NCBI GenBank assembly: GCA_964016885.1
Contig: OZ024742.1
Span: forward strand, 179,056,001 to 179,120,000
Origin: Eledone cirrhosa
Lineage: Eukaryota
Direction of reading: 5' to 3'
DNA: 64,000 bases
Shown here: piece after piece, positions 52,230-64,000 of the stretch
Numbering within the stretch: the stretch's first letter is position 1
Layout: the number at the start of each line of letters is the position of its first letter
Notes under the pieces: generated by a model
Seen by the model: only the letters and a program-made list of their open reading frames with translations
Databases searched by the model: none
What the model was told of the DNA's origin: nothing
Program-made: the position numbers and the translations under genes

Positions 52230-52810
52230 GAGTTGCTTCCCTTGATCTTTCTCACAACACCTCCCACCCTCCCTTTCTCCTTCTCTGACACTCGATCTCT
52301 CTCACCCGCTTTCTAAATTCTTTTACCATCATTCTAAATGTTTCTGTCTTTGTCTCTCCCTTGCCGCCCCTCTCTCTATCTCTTCATATTTTTTCTTTCT
52401 TCGTCCCCTCTCTTTGTCTCTCACTCTCTTTCTTAATTCTCTTTCTTTTCTCCTTTATTTCCATTTCATTTCTCATCATCTTTAGATATTTGGGGAATTT
52501 TTCGTTTGATTTCATTAATTTGATAATTAACTTAACTCTCGATCCCCCCACCCTCTCGCTTTCCCACCCTCTTTCTCTTTCTCTCTTTCTCCCTCTTTCT
52601 TTCTTTCTTTCTTTCTCCCTCTTTCTCTTTCGACCTCTTTCTCCCTTTTTCGCTTTCTCTCTTTCTCCCCCGTTCTCTCTTTCCCCCTCTTCTGTTTCTC
52701 TACCTCTTCCTTTTCTTCTCCCTCTTTGTCTTTTTCTTTCTCTCCCTCTTTCTCTTTGTTTTTCTCTCACTCTTTCCCCCCTTCTGTCTCTTTCTCTCTC
52801 CTCTCTTTCT
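52230..52810. repeat. Polypyrimidine/polypurine low-complexity tract
   Basis: Almost pure C/T on the plus strand. Confidence 0.85.
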
Positions 52811-53047
52811 AGAGATAGATAGATAAATAGAAAGAGATAGAGAGAGAGGGAGGGTTATATATACATATTAGTCTGTTATTCAATTTTTGGTAAACAAGAG
52901 ATAAATCAGTGTGTGACTGTGAAACATATACACCCGGTCCGAGCTATTATATGAAACGTTTCGAAGGTTAAATGGAAATTTAATGAACAATATCTACACT
53001 CTACTTTCATCAAAAGTTCAATAATGGTTTTATGAGCCATTTAAATA

Positions 53048-53265
53048 ATGGTTCCAGATTTAGGCACAAGGGCAACAATTTTGGGGGAGGGAAAAGTTGA
53101 TTATATCGACTTCAGTTCGTTAATGGTATTTTAATTTATCAACATAGTAAGGATGAAAGGCAAAGTTAACCTCGGCAGGATTTGAACTCAGAACGTAAAG
53201 GGCCGTAACTCTATGCCACGAAGCATGGAGTCCGACGCTCTGCCGATACTGCCAATCCACCGCCA
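53048..53265 (-). mobile_element. tRNA-derived SINE (variant 3' part)
   Basis: Reverse of GGCGGTGGATTGGCAGTATCGGCAGAG..GAGTTCAAATCC. Confidence 0.82.
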
Positions 53266-53279
53266 TTTGAATAGTAAGC

Positions 53280-53740
53280 GTAGAAGCCCACCTACAGAAC
53301 ACGTTTGTCATCATGAGAGTTGGGAAAGGGATCTTTGAGAAATACTCACTGTCTAATAACCAAAATCTCACACAGCCGATCTTGGACCAGTATATTAGCC
53401 CTCATGTTGAAGGATAAGCTTTTGCGATCCAAGAACAGGAAATAACTACAAAATACTTCATTCACAAATGAGATAGAGATGCAGGCAAGCATCTAGAAGA
53501 TACAGCAGATACAAACGTATCGGAGATGTCCCCTACGTCATAAGAAGCTGTCTAAACACTACGTAGTAAGGATAGCTCTGAGAATAAACATAAAAAGTTA
53601 GAGCTATATAGAGGACATAGGAAATATTACTGGTGGAATGTTCCAGAGAAAAGAAGCCATGCACATTATGGAGATCCATAATACCCAGCAGATATCAATA
53701 TTGGTGAAAGTCTATAACTCAACAAAGCCAGAAGACCATA
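53280..53740 (+). pseudogene. Old, degenerate RLE-LINE (R4-like) fragment
   Basis: Manual translation near 53390 gives YISPHVEG*AFAIQEQEITTKY, resembling the EG..AAQEQAL.TK motif upstream of the CCHC finger. Confidence 0.5.
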
Positions 53741-53868
53741 CCTACCTAACTATCTACCTACATACTTACCTACAAGCATACATACACACATACATACATA
53801 CATGATGGCTGCCCCTTCGTTATCGAGTATGGCCATTGGACGAGGAAAAAAAACCCAAAAAACAAACC

Positions 53869-53907
<39 letters not shown>

Positions 53908-54672
53908 TTGAAAAGAGGAGACCTCAAAAAGGCTACAGAAGGAATGTTAATGGCTGCGCAGGAGCAGGCCCTCAAAACGAAGTGGTTGAAACACCATATT
54001 TACAAGGAGGAGGCTAGCCCACTGTGCAGGATCTGTGGAGAGAGAGAGAGGAGACTGTGGCTCACATTGTATCCGAGTGTAAACACCTAGCCCAGACCCA
54101 CTATAAGGGCTGGAGACATGATGTGATGGGCAAGGTGATCCAATGGCACATGTGCAAAGTAAACAATTTACCACATTCTGAGAAATGGTATGAGCATAAG
54201 CCAGAGGCGGTGATGGAGAACGATCAGGTGAAGGTGCTGTGGGATTTTAGGATACAGACGGACAAGAAACTGGAACACAATAGACCTGACCTGGTGGTTG
54301 TGGACAAAGAAAAAAGATCGTGTCTGATTGTGGATGTGGCCTGCCCATTCGACACGAGAGTGCAAGAGAAGGAGAGGGAGAAAATTAACCGATACCAGGA
54401 CTTAAAGTGGGAGGTAAAAAGGATTTGGAACTGCCATGAAGTCAAAGTAGTCCCGATTGTAATAGGCGCACTGGGGACTATCTCCAAAAGTTTCCAGGGA
54501 TGGTTAAAGAAAATCGGCCCCTTCACGCTTTTTGGAACGCTTCAAAAGGCATGCTTGCTGGGAACAGCAAGAACCCTCCAATACGTCCTGAATATCTGAG
54601 GCTGCAGGTAGTGGCTTGATATTCATTCCAACGGACTTTCCAGTTAAATAACATCAATGACTGAGATTCAAG

Positions 54673-54673
<1 letters not shown>
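53908..54673 (+). mobile_element. 5'-truncated R4/Dong-like LINE: CCHC finger, restriction-like endonuclease and 3'UTR
   Basis: TEGMLMAAQEQAL, CRICG..ETVAHIVSEC, RHD, LWDFRIQTD, NRPDLVVVD..IVDVACP, KINRY, VPIVIGALG; (AAT)n on both sides. Confidence 0.92.
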
Positions 54674-54717
<44 letters not shown>

Positions 54718-54966
54718 TTTCTTTATTAACCACAAGAGTTTACATAAAGTAGACATTAAGGACAGTGCAGGACAATACAGGACGGTACAAATGGGCATTT
54801 CTGCGTGTAAAAAACAAAAACAGAGAATGTAACAAACAAATAACAATGAAAAATTCCCCAATAGGGGGGAGACTTCGGAGGGACATTTGTGGAGAAAGCC
54901 CAGTAAAAGACCACAGTGACCCTGACCACCAAGGCAAGTACCCTCTCCCAGTTTTCCACCTTTAAT

Positions 54967-57900
54967 TTACAGATACGTACTTGGAGTAGGCTCATTAACT
55001 CGGGCCATTCTTGCTTCTCTCACCCATCTTTCAACAAAATGCTGGGAAGAGTGAAACTTCCCTCTCTACCCTGATTTTCCTTTTCAAATGAAATTTGAAA
55101 AAGTTAATCAGGGCATCACCGAAGAGGTAAGTGATCGTCTTCAGCCCTTTCAAACGTGTCCACCATACTATCTCTTTCGCCATGGCCACCAGACAGATAA
55201 AAACTGCCTGCCCTTCCCGGCTAAAGGAAGAGGGCGGGGCAATCCTCGCGATGGACTCAGATGATAGCCGGATCCGTCCTACACGCGACAGCAGGTGTTC
55301 GACATAAACCCACAAGTTAGCAATTTTCGGACACTGGACGAGTACGTGCAGGACGGTTTCGTCGCCCTGCGCGCATCTCGGACATGCCCGATGACGGCAC
55401 CTCCATGCCTATAGAGTTTATCCCGAACTGGCAAGGCTACTCGGTAGCACTGCCAGGCCAGAGATTTCTGGAAGTTGTCCGTAGGTCCCGGCCCGAAAGT
55501 TCTTCCGAAGAGATTGGCTAGTTGATTTTCGTCGACGCCTAGAGTTTCCCCAAGTACGTCGTCGCTCTTCCCCTCCACTAATCCTCTATAGAACGCCGAG
55601 GTGGAGTTTCCACCCATCACATTGCCCGATTGGTCGAGGGCTGTGAGCGCCTGAAGACATTCCAGTCTCCAGGCGCTCCCTCTCGGTCTTCGCTTGACCC
55701 AGGACTGCAGCTCCATCAATGAAACGAGCTGGGGAAATACGTGTCTAGCAAACGGCGACCACACCTGATCACCGTCGAGGAAGAGATGGAGATGTCGTAG
55801 CCTGAGCGCGTGTCTGCGCATCATCAGCCACGGTATTCCCAGCCCTCCACATAGCGGGTGTTGACAGCAGATGGACCTCCTGACTATCGGAGCGCGTCCC
55901 TTCCACAAAAAGCGAAAGAGCAAACGCTCCAGCGCAGTCAGGACAAGGTACGACGGTCAGGCGGTAGCAGATGACAGACGCGATGTACGCATTAGCCACC
56001 TCCGCTCGACCTTTCAGGGATAGCTTCCTCTCGGCCCATTTCTGGGTGAGAGAAGCCACCCTGCTCGTCACCTCGTCCCAGTTTTTGTCCGTCTGGAGGT
56101 CCGGACCGAACCAGACCCTTAGCAATTTAACCGGTCCGTCCGTCCAGCGTCCGACGACGCTGTTGGACGGCATGGACCTGCCTCTCCAGGTGCCGAGCTA
56201 CAGGCCCACTGACTTTTCCTGGTTGATCATTGCTCCTGTCACCGCTTCGTATTCTCTTAGTGTAGTGCCGATCGCCTCGATGTGTTTGGCGTTCGACACC
56301 ACTACGGTGACATCGTTCGCATATGCTGACACGAATCTTCCGCATCCTAGTTCGCGCAGGACGCCCCTCAACATCTCCAGTTTGTGCAGTAATGGCTCGA
56401 GAGTCAATACGTACAAGAGGGACGAGAGGGGATATCCTTGGCGGACCGAGCGCATGATGTTGAACGGTTCCGAAAGGTGACCGTTCACTCTCACCACAGA
56501 GCAGATGTCGCTGTGCATGGCAGCGATCCAGCCTCTGAAGACGGGCCCAAAGCCAGCCGCCCTCAGAACTGCCGCTAGTTAACGATGGTCGACCCTATCG
56601 AAAGCTTTCGACTGATCTAAATTGATCAAGGACCCACCCATGCCAGGTTCCCTAGCTACCCTCTCTACGATGTATCGCATGAGGTGGAGGTTGTCGTGGA
56701 CAGATATGTCGGGAATGGCGCGTGTCTGCGCCTCTCCAACCAGACCACCAACGACAAGCGCCAACCCCTTTGCTAGCACCTTGGCCAAAATTTTGAACTC
56801 TGTGTTTAGCAGAGTTATGGGCCTAAAATTATCTATGTTATCCCCCTTGTTCGGATCCTTTCTCAGCAGCGCCACAGCTCCTCGGCTCACAGAGCTGGGA
56901 ATTCTCCCGTTCTCTTACCAGTTGCAGTAGACATCCGCCAAGAGGCCTCCGAACATGTCTGGCATCTGTACGTAAAGTTCATAGGGCAGACCATCCAAAC
57001 CAGGCGATTTACCCCTTGTGCAGTCAGTCATTGCCTCCCGTACTTCAGTGGCTGTTATCGGCTTTTCGCAATACTCCGCCTCAGTGGCCGAGAGCCGCGG
57101 CAGTCCGTCGAGGTAGACACTAAAGTCCATCCCTCGATCCGGCTCGCCGCTTCCCCCGAACAACTGAGCGAAGTGTCGCTGAAAAGCTTCACACATTTGC
57201 CCGGGATCGAGTAGCATGCGCCCGTCGTGGTCCACCAAAGACCGGATCGTGGCTTTGTTGCCACGACGCGCCTCCGCCACTCGGGCCCATTCAACTGCTT
57301 TCGTCCCCTCGTGTTTGAGAGCACGCACCCTAGCTCTGACAACGCAGCCTTCGTGCTTTGCATTGAAGAATTGGTCAAAGGCCAATTTCGCCGCAAGTAC
57401 GCCGGTCGCGATGCCTTTGCTAAGCGCCTCGTCTAATTTTCTAACTAGTTCTCCCTCTGCTCTATTTTTCTCTATTGTTAAAGACTTATTACACTTAATG
57501 GACTCTATTCTAATCGTTCTTTTCAGATCAAATCACCACTTGTTGTTGACGATGGCCCCCGTCAACGCCCGCTTAACTAGTTCGCTAATCCTGTCTCTGC
57601 AGGCCTTGCGCGCTGGTAAGGACGCGTTTAGCTTCCAGTAGCCGGGTCCTCGTCTATGAAGCCTATCTAAGTCAAGCACACAGATCACGAATTTGTGGTC
57701 CGTGTAGCTGACTATCTTGAATTGTGGACAGCCTATGCTAGACCTATCTATTTTCCTACAAACTACTCTATCTAGATATGATCTGGATGACCCTATGCGA
57801 TTTGTCCAAGTCCACATTGGCACATTCGGGAAATCCAATGGGTACCTGTCAGACAGTTCAAAACGCCTGAGCAGGTTGGTGAGGCGCTTGCACCATCCAC

Positions 57901-58375
57901 ACTTATCCGCTAATCCCACACAGTCCCAGCGTGCATCTAAGATCCCGTTCCAGTCGCCCACTAACACTAAAGAGCGGGACGTTCCAAGAAAGGTCTCCAG
58001 ACGCCGGAAGAAATCAGACCGCCCTGCTCCTGTCGGGGCATAGACGGCCACTAACCTGAAAGCTTGCCCGTCTCCGCTGGTCACGTCCAGAACCACCAAC
58101 TTACCCTCTGGGTCCAGAAAGATGGCCCGTATGGCGAGATCCAAACCTCTCCAAAAAAGCACAGCAAATACTCCCCCCGATCCAGGACGGCTAAGAGATG
58201 CGTACACATCGTAGCCGCCGAAGATCGGTGCGAAGGCCCGTGCTTCGGAGATTCTGGTCTCGCTGATGGCCACTACATCTATGTTTAGTGACGTGAGGTT
58301 GTTGAGCAGGTGGCCCTGCTTCCATGACGACCCCAAGCCACGCGCATTTATGCTGCCTATTCTGAGTGAGGTCAT
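54967..58375 (-). pseudogene. Tx1-A2 ORF2, many stops and frameshifts; catalytic YADD changed to YAND
   Basis: ORF fragments 57533-58375, 56915-57385, 56579-56890, 56198-56518, 55769-56173, 55279-55923 and 55031-55315 match A1 ORF2. Confidence 0.93.
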
Positions 58376-58409
58376 GTTGAAATGGAGTGGAAAAGATGGG
58401 AAAGACCAC

Positions 58410-60343
58410 TTACCTTACTTCTCGTAGGGGAAGGATGGTTTGTCCATCCTTTTCACTACTACTGGCCTCCTCCGGAAGGATGTCCTTATAAATCCTCCTG
58501 GAGAGTGCTTGTCGGAAGTCTCCGATGTCTTTGGGGAAATTTTGTTTTAGTGTCGTGTACGTTTTCTGTGTGATGCGAGTGATTTGTATGTGTGGAGGTG
58601 GTGTGAACTTTTGGGTTGTTGTGTAGTCTTTTTCTGTGATGCTGGTGTTGTGTTGCATGTAGTGTAATAATTGGTTGTTGTTCAAATTTAATGCTGTGTA
58701 GTGTTATCGTTTTGGTTGTTTTGTTTTGTTTGCGTTTGTTGTGGGTTTGTTTGTTTCGCTTTTTGGTTACTTTTGTGGTGTTGGTGATGGTGGTGTTTGT
58801 GGTGATGTGGTTGGTGATGCTGGTGTGGATGGTGGCATAGCTGTCCTAACTTTTTTGTTTGATAGTTTATTTGTTTCCCTTTGTATTTTGTTTTTGGAGG
58901 ATGAAGGAAGGGGATTTTTTCTTTTTGGGTTTCTTTTTCTTTTTTTCTTTTTTCCTGATACCGTTTTCCACTTCTCGTCGTCACAATCTGTCTCCAGTTG
59001 CGATAGGTCGGGGTGTGGAAAATCCTCCACAGACGTTGGTTTTGGTTGTGGCTTGGTGGATGGTGTAGGCGCTGGTGCTAGTTCTGGCGCGTTGGGTGGT
59101 GGTGGTGTTGGTTTTGCTACTATTGCTGGGGTTGTTGCTGTTACAGTTGCTTCTGTTGTTGCTGCTACAGTTGTTGCTGCTACAGTTGTTGCTGCTACAG
59201 TTGTTGCTGTCATTTCTGCTGCTGGTGGTGTTGATGGTTGAGTCACTGGGGTGGGTAAGAGAGGTGGCCTCAACCTTTTAGCCTGAGGGCAGAAAGGCCT
59301 TAGGTGGGTTCCTTCACCACAAACGACACAGCTAAGTCTTCTGCCCTCGACGATTACGGTGAGGTGGCTGCCGTCAGTGAGGTCTATTACCTCTGGGAAC
59401 TCCTCAATGCTTTTTTGGTCCGCTTGGATCAGGAGCTCCATCCCAGATCCGGACTAGTTCTCCTGCTTTTCTTTCGCTATTTCGATTATCTTGGTTTTGG
59501 CTTCGATGCCGGCGAAGACGGCAGCCATTAGCCAGGGAATTTCGATGGCCGGTGGAACGTGGGTCACCCTGATCTTCACGAGTCTCTGGCCACAATAGCT
59601 TGGGACGAGTGTGAAGTCGTCACTTCTTAATGGGGCCATGGAGTGTTCTCTGGCCTCCTGTGGTGTTTCAAACAACACGTCCACGGTTCCATATTTCTAC
59701 ACACGACTGATGTGGGTTTTTCTTGCCCACACATGTCCCAAAGCTGTTTGGATTTGGGACTCGGATGCCCGTTCCACTCGGCGCGATTTTATGTTAATCG
59801 TCCGATAAGACACGGTGCATAGGCGCCGATGCTCCATTTTATTAGGTGTGTGTGGGGGGCGGGGCTGACCCTGTACCCATCTTTCTTTACCATTCTTTTG
59901 GCTTCTTCTAATTCCTCCTGAGTTACCTGGAATGCTTCGCACTTTTTTGCTATTCTGGCAAAAGACAGGGTGGTTTTCTTAATTTCATTGTAGCCGTTGT
60001 TGTTATCGTTATTTTTGTTATTGTTAATTTTAGTTTCAGTTGTGGTGGTGGTGGCGTCAGTGGTGTTCGGTGTGGAAGAGTTCATCTTGGGTGAATTCAT
60101 TTCGATATCACGAGATAATTTATTTTTTTCTTTTGTTTCTGTTGTCGCTGTGGTGGTGGTGGGAGTGGCGGCTTCAACACCTGCAGTCATTGGTAATGGC
60201 CGGAAATGAATGTCTGCCTGAGACAAATTTAATATATTGTTACTGCTTATATATTTAGTGTTGGCAGACGTAGTAATATTTACAATGGTGGTGTCGGTGT
60301 GAGGTGTTAGTTTGTGAGGAAGGTGTGACTCAGAGTCGTCCAT
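58410..60343 (-). pseudogene. Tx1-A2 ORF1, disrupted
   Basis: Fragments match A1 ORF1; CVVCGEGTHLRPFC knuckle. Confidence 0.88.
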
Positions 60344-60560
60344 GATTTTTTTCAAATAAAACTTCTTTGTTTGATAATTATAAAAGTTTAAATTTTGGGC
60401 TCAAGGCCCCAATCTTTTTGAGTGTCCTTTTCAGATAACAATGTATGTGCACTTATATACAGTTAACAATAAATATTTTCCATAAATGGCAATTTTAAAC
60501 AACTGAAAATAACAAACCTTTGCGAAGCTCACGATAATACGATTTACTACGTAGGTTGCC

Positions 60561-60623
<63 letters not shown>

Positions 60624-60624
<1 letters not shown>

Positions 60625-60940
60625 TTTTCTTTATTAACCACAAGGGTTTACATAAGGTAGACATTAAGGACAGTACAGGACAATACAGGACGGTACAAAT
60701 GGGCATTTCTGCGTGTAAAAAAAACAGAGGATGTAATAAAATAACAAAGAAAAATTGCCCAATAGGGGGGAGACTTCGGAGGGACATTTGTGGAGAAAGC
60801 CCATTAAAAGACCACAGTGACCCTGACCAGCAGGGCAAGTGCCCTCTCCCAGTTTTCCACCTTTAATTTACAGACACATACTCAGAGTAGGCTCATTCAC
60901 TCGGGCCATACTTGCTTCTCTCACCCATCTTTCAACAAAT
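60624..60940 (-). mobile_element. 5'-truncated Tx1-A 3' fragment (A3), in tandem upstream of A2
   Basis: Matches 17475-17789; (AAT)n on both sides on the plus strand. Confidence 0.9.
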
Positions 60941-60941
60941 G

Positions 60942-61007
<66 letters not shown>

Positions 61008-61008
<1 letters not shown>

Positions 61009-61300
61009 TACCAGTGGTTGTAGGCGCTCTGGGAATGATTCCTAAGGGGTCTAATGATTACTTATCGCAGATCCCAGGAAACCCGCGTATAGGAGAAATA
61101 CAAAAGATAGTATTAATGGGAACTGCCCATATACTAAGGAAGATTCTTTCAATATAAGTACATCACAAGTCTAAATACTAAAGATGCATGTGTGAATATG
61201 TATGTTCTTCCTTGAACATGGCGGACCTTGTTGTCTCTTGAGGTCACTGGTTGTGACTAGGTGATAACTCGTATGAACATAAAGCAAGATAAATGCAACT

Positions 61301-61302
<2 letters not shown>
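61008..61302 (+). mobile_element. 3' fragment of a second R4/Dong-like family
   Basis: IPVVVGALGMIPK...IQKIVLMGTAHILRKILSI* plus a distinct 3'UTR; (AAT)n on both sides. Confidence 0.85.
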
Positions 61303-61380
<78 letters not shown>

Positions 61381-61383
<3 letters not shown>

Positions 61384-61450
61384 TGTTTCTACTTTTGGCA
61401 CAAGGCCAGCAATTACCCAATGCATTACTGGTACTTTATTCTATCGACCT
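61381..61450 (-). mobile_element. SINE 3' end with long (ATT)n tail
   Basis: AATTGTTTCTACTTTTGGCACAAGGCCAGC directly abuts the (AAT)n tract 61303-61383. Confidence 0.82.
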
Positions 61451-61565
61451 CGAGAGCCAATACGTACAAAAGGGACGAGAGGGGGCAACCCTGGCGGACT
61501 GAGCGCATGATGCTGAACGTCTGCGACAGGTGACCGTTCACCCTCACAACTGAGCAGATGTCACT
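61451..61565 (-). mobile_element. Short internal Tx1 RT fragment (diverged A-type)
   Basis: Encodes DICSVVRVNGHLSQTFSIMRSVRQGCPLSSLLYVLALE. Confidence 0.85.
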
Positions 61566-61683
61566 AATAATAGCACTACTACTATCACTACTTCAACCAC
61601 CACACCGCCCTCACTACACTATCATCACAACACCACTTTCACTACTCTTACTTACTAAAAATACTACCACTGTAACAACAACA

Positions 61684-61743
<60 letters not shown>

Positions 61744-61870
61744 GTCACTAATAATAGCACTACTACTATCACTACTTCAACCACCACACCGCCCTCACTA
61801 CACTATCATCACAACACCACTTTCACTACTCTTACTTACTAAAAATACTACCACTATAACAACAACAACA

Positions 61871-61924
<54 letters not shown>

Positions 61925-62051
61925 GTCACTAATAATAGCACTACTACTATCACTACTTCAACCACCACACCGCCCTCACTACACTATCATCACAACACCA
62001 CTTTCACTACTCTTACTTACTAAAAATACTACCACTATAACAACAACAACA

Positions 62052-62102
<51 letters not shown>

Positions 62103-62270
62103 GTCACTAATAATAGCACTACTACTATCACTACTTCAACCACCACACCGCCCTCACTACACTATCATCACAACACCAGTATCATCACAACACCACTTTC
62201 ACTACTGTTACTTACTAAAAATACTACCACTATAACAACAACAACAACAACTTCTACTACTACTACTACG

Positions 62271-62340
<70 letters not shown>

Positions 62341-62385
62341 ACGCTACTACCACCACTGCTACTAATACTATTACTGCTACTACTA
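61560..62385. repeat. Tandem repeat of ~180-bp units with embedded (ACT)n, about 4 copies
   Basis: GTCACTAATAATAGCACTACTACTATCACTACTTCAACC at ~61560, 61744, 61925, 62103. Confidence 0.92.
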
Positions 62386-62574
62386 TGTTTACGGCCACAC
62401 ACATGATATTTACCTTGGTAATAATCATGGCTTGACATCTCTGACCGTTGGTCATCTCCAGACAAAACCAACAAACACCTTGTTAGGCACAAGGTAGCTA
62501 CACAATAGGTGGATAATGGTCACTCATTGTCCAGAGCTAACATCTTTATAGAAAGGAAACGTTTGTTGGTGGAG

Positions 62575-62610
<36 letters not shown>

Positions 62611-62629
62611 GTGTATATGTGTGTGTGTA

Positions 62630-62666
<37 letters not shown>

Positions 62667-62754
62667 GATAAATGTTTATATATATATAGACATATATATA
62701 TATATATATATATGTATGCACACGTACACACACACACACATACACACATACACT

Positions 62755-62812
<58 letters not shown>

Positions 62813-63010
62813 AACGAGTAGGACCCCGACGGCTGAGCTCAAGCTGTTTCAACGGCTAATTCTGGACAGAATTCGTCCAGAATTAGCCGTTGAAACGGCT
62901 TGAGCTCAGCCGTCGTGGTCCTACTAGTTCCTATTACCCACTCTACTACCCTAAATATTGAGTACTTTGATGCGTTATGGTCCACCTGGTTCCTTACCAC
63001 ATTTCGTTCG

Positions 63011-63046
<36 letters not shown>

Positions 63047-63134
63047 GAAAAGTATAGAAATTGTTGTAGCGAGAAGCTAACAGTATTCCATAACACACAT
63101 ATATATGTACCTATGGGTTATATTGAACATTAAT

Positions 63135-63314
63135 AATTGTTTCCACTTTTGGCACAAGGCCATCAATTACCCAGTGCATTACTGGTACTTTATTTTATCG
63201 ACCCCGTAAGGATGAAAGGCAAAGTTAACCTCGGCGGGATTTGAACTCAGAATGGCAAGGGCCGTAACTCTATACGTCAAAGCATGGCATCCGGCCCTCT
63301 ACCGATACTGCCAA
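63135..63314 (-). mobile_element. tRNA-derived SINE
   Basis: Same family; AACATTAATAAT repeated on both flanks (possible TSD). Confidence 0.85.
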
Positions 63315-63874
63315 CATTAATAATAATGTTCGTTTCGTTTGTAAACAAACGGCCCGATTTGAAGCTGTGCAGTGCCGGTGACTGATCATCACCCGTTTGT
63401 TCAACACTGTTTATTGGGAACCATCAACATTTTTCTGGGTCATTACCCTTCATCAGGACTATACCTCTGCCAATTTGTTGAACGGTTGAAAATATATATT
63501 ATTTTCTTAAATACATATCGGCTGAATAGCCTCATTTTCATAACGAGCGAGTTACGGCTGGCTTTGCCGAATATTAAAAGTAAAATTAGAATTTTATTTC
63601 TCGCCCTATATATATGTACAGTATGTGTGTATTTATATATGCATACATATATATATACTTAAACACACACAAATATATATATTTATATATAATTTCTCTA
63701 CAAGCCTTGACCATTACATAGAAGGTGTTTCAAGACAATTTATATCATGGCCTGTTCCCGAGGCTGTCACGTTAAAAGATATTTTGCGAATAAATGTTAT
63801 AATGTTGATAAATTTTGAGGATTATATCTTATGTTGCTGGTGAACATTAAGTCTGATCAATCTCGTTGTAGCAG

Positions 63875-63983
<109 letters not shown>

Positions 63984-64000
63984 TGTGTGTGTGTGTGTGT

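Larger units (their letters stand above)
54716..60560 (-). mobile_element. Full-length Tx1 family A, copy A2 (heavily mutated)
   Basis: Collinear with A1 from 5' GGC(A/G)ACCTACGTA to 3' TAATAAAGAAA; (ATT)n on both sides of its sense strand. Confidence 0.93.

Noticed and set aside
61560-62385. Regularly spaced repeats suggestive of CRISPR
   Set aside because: Units are identical throughout with no unique spacers, no cas genes and a eukaryotic context

Overview
Animal genomic DNA with no recognisable host gene. It is probably cephalopod/octopus-like, inferred only from the SINE types and the extreme microsatellite density. The window is nested retroelements in microsatellites. (1) Two groups of L1/Tx1-clade non-LTR retrotransposons (zinc-knuckle ORF1 plus APE-RT-CCHC ORF2): one always bounded by (ATT)n (11.7-17.8 kb +, 54.7-60.9 kb -), the other forming a 13-kb head-to-tail array punctuated by (TCTA)n (19.85-32.7 kb). 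(2) R4/Dong-like restriction-endonuclease LINE fragments in the same (AAT)n tracts but always in the opposite orientation. (3) RTE fragments associated with (ATGT)n. (4) Many tRNA-derived SINEs. (5) At least 15 type I hammerhead ribozyme motifs from about 8 sequence types, Penelope-like, mostly in (TA)n tracts and often in long palindromes that place a ribozyme on each strand. All coding elements are disrupted. Most ORFs in the track are microsatellite or antisense artefacts. Coordinates were read by eye and are approximate to a few bp.
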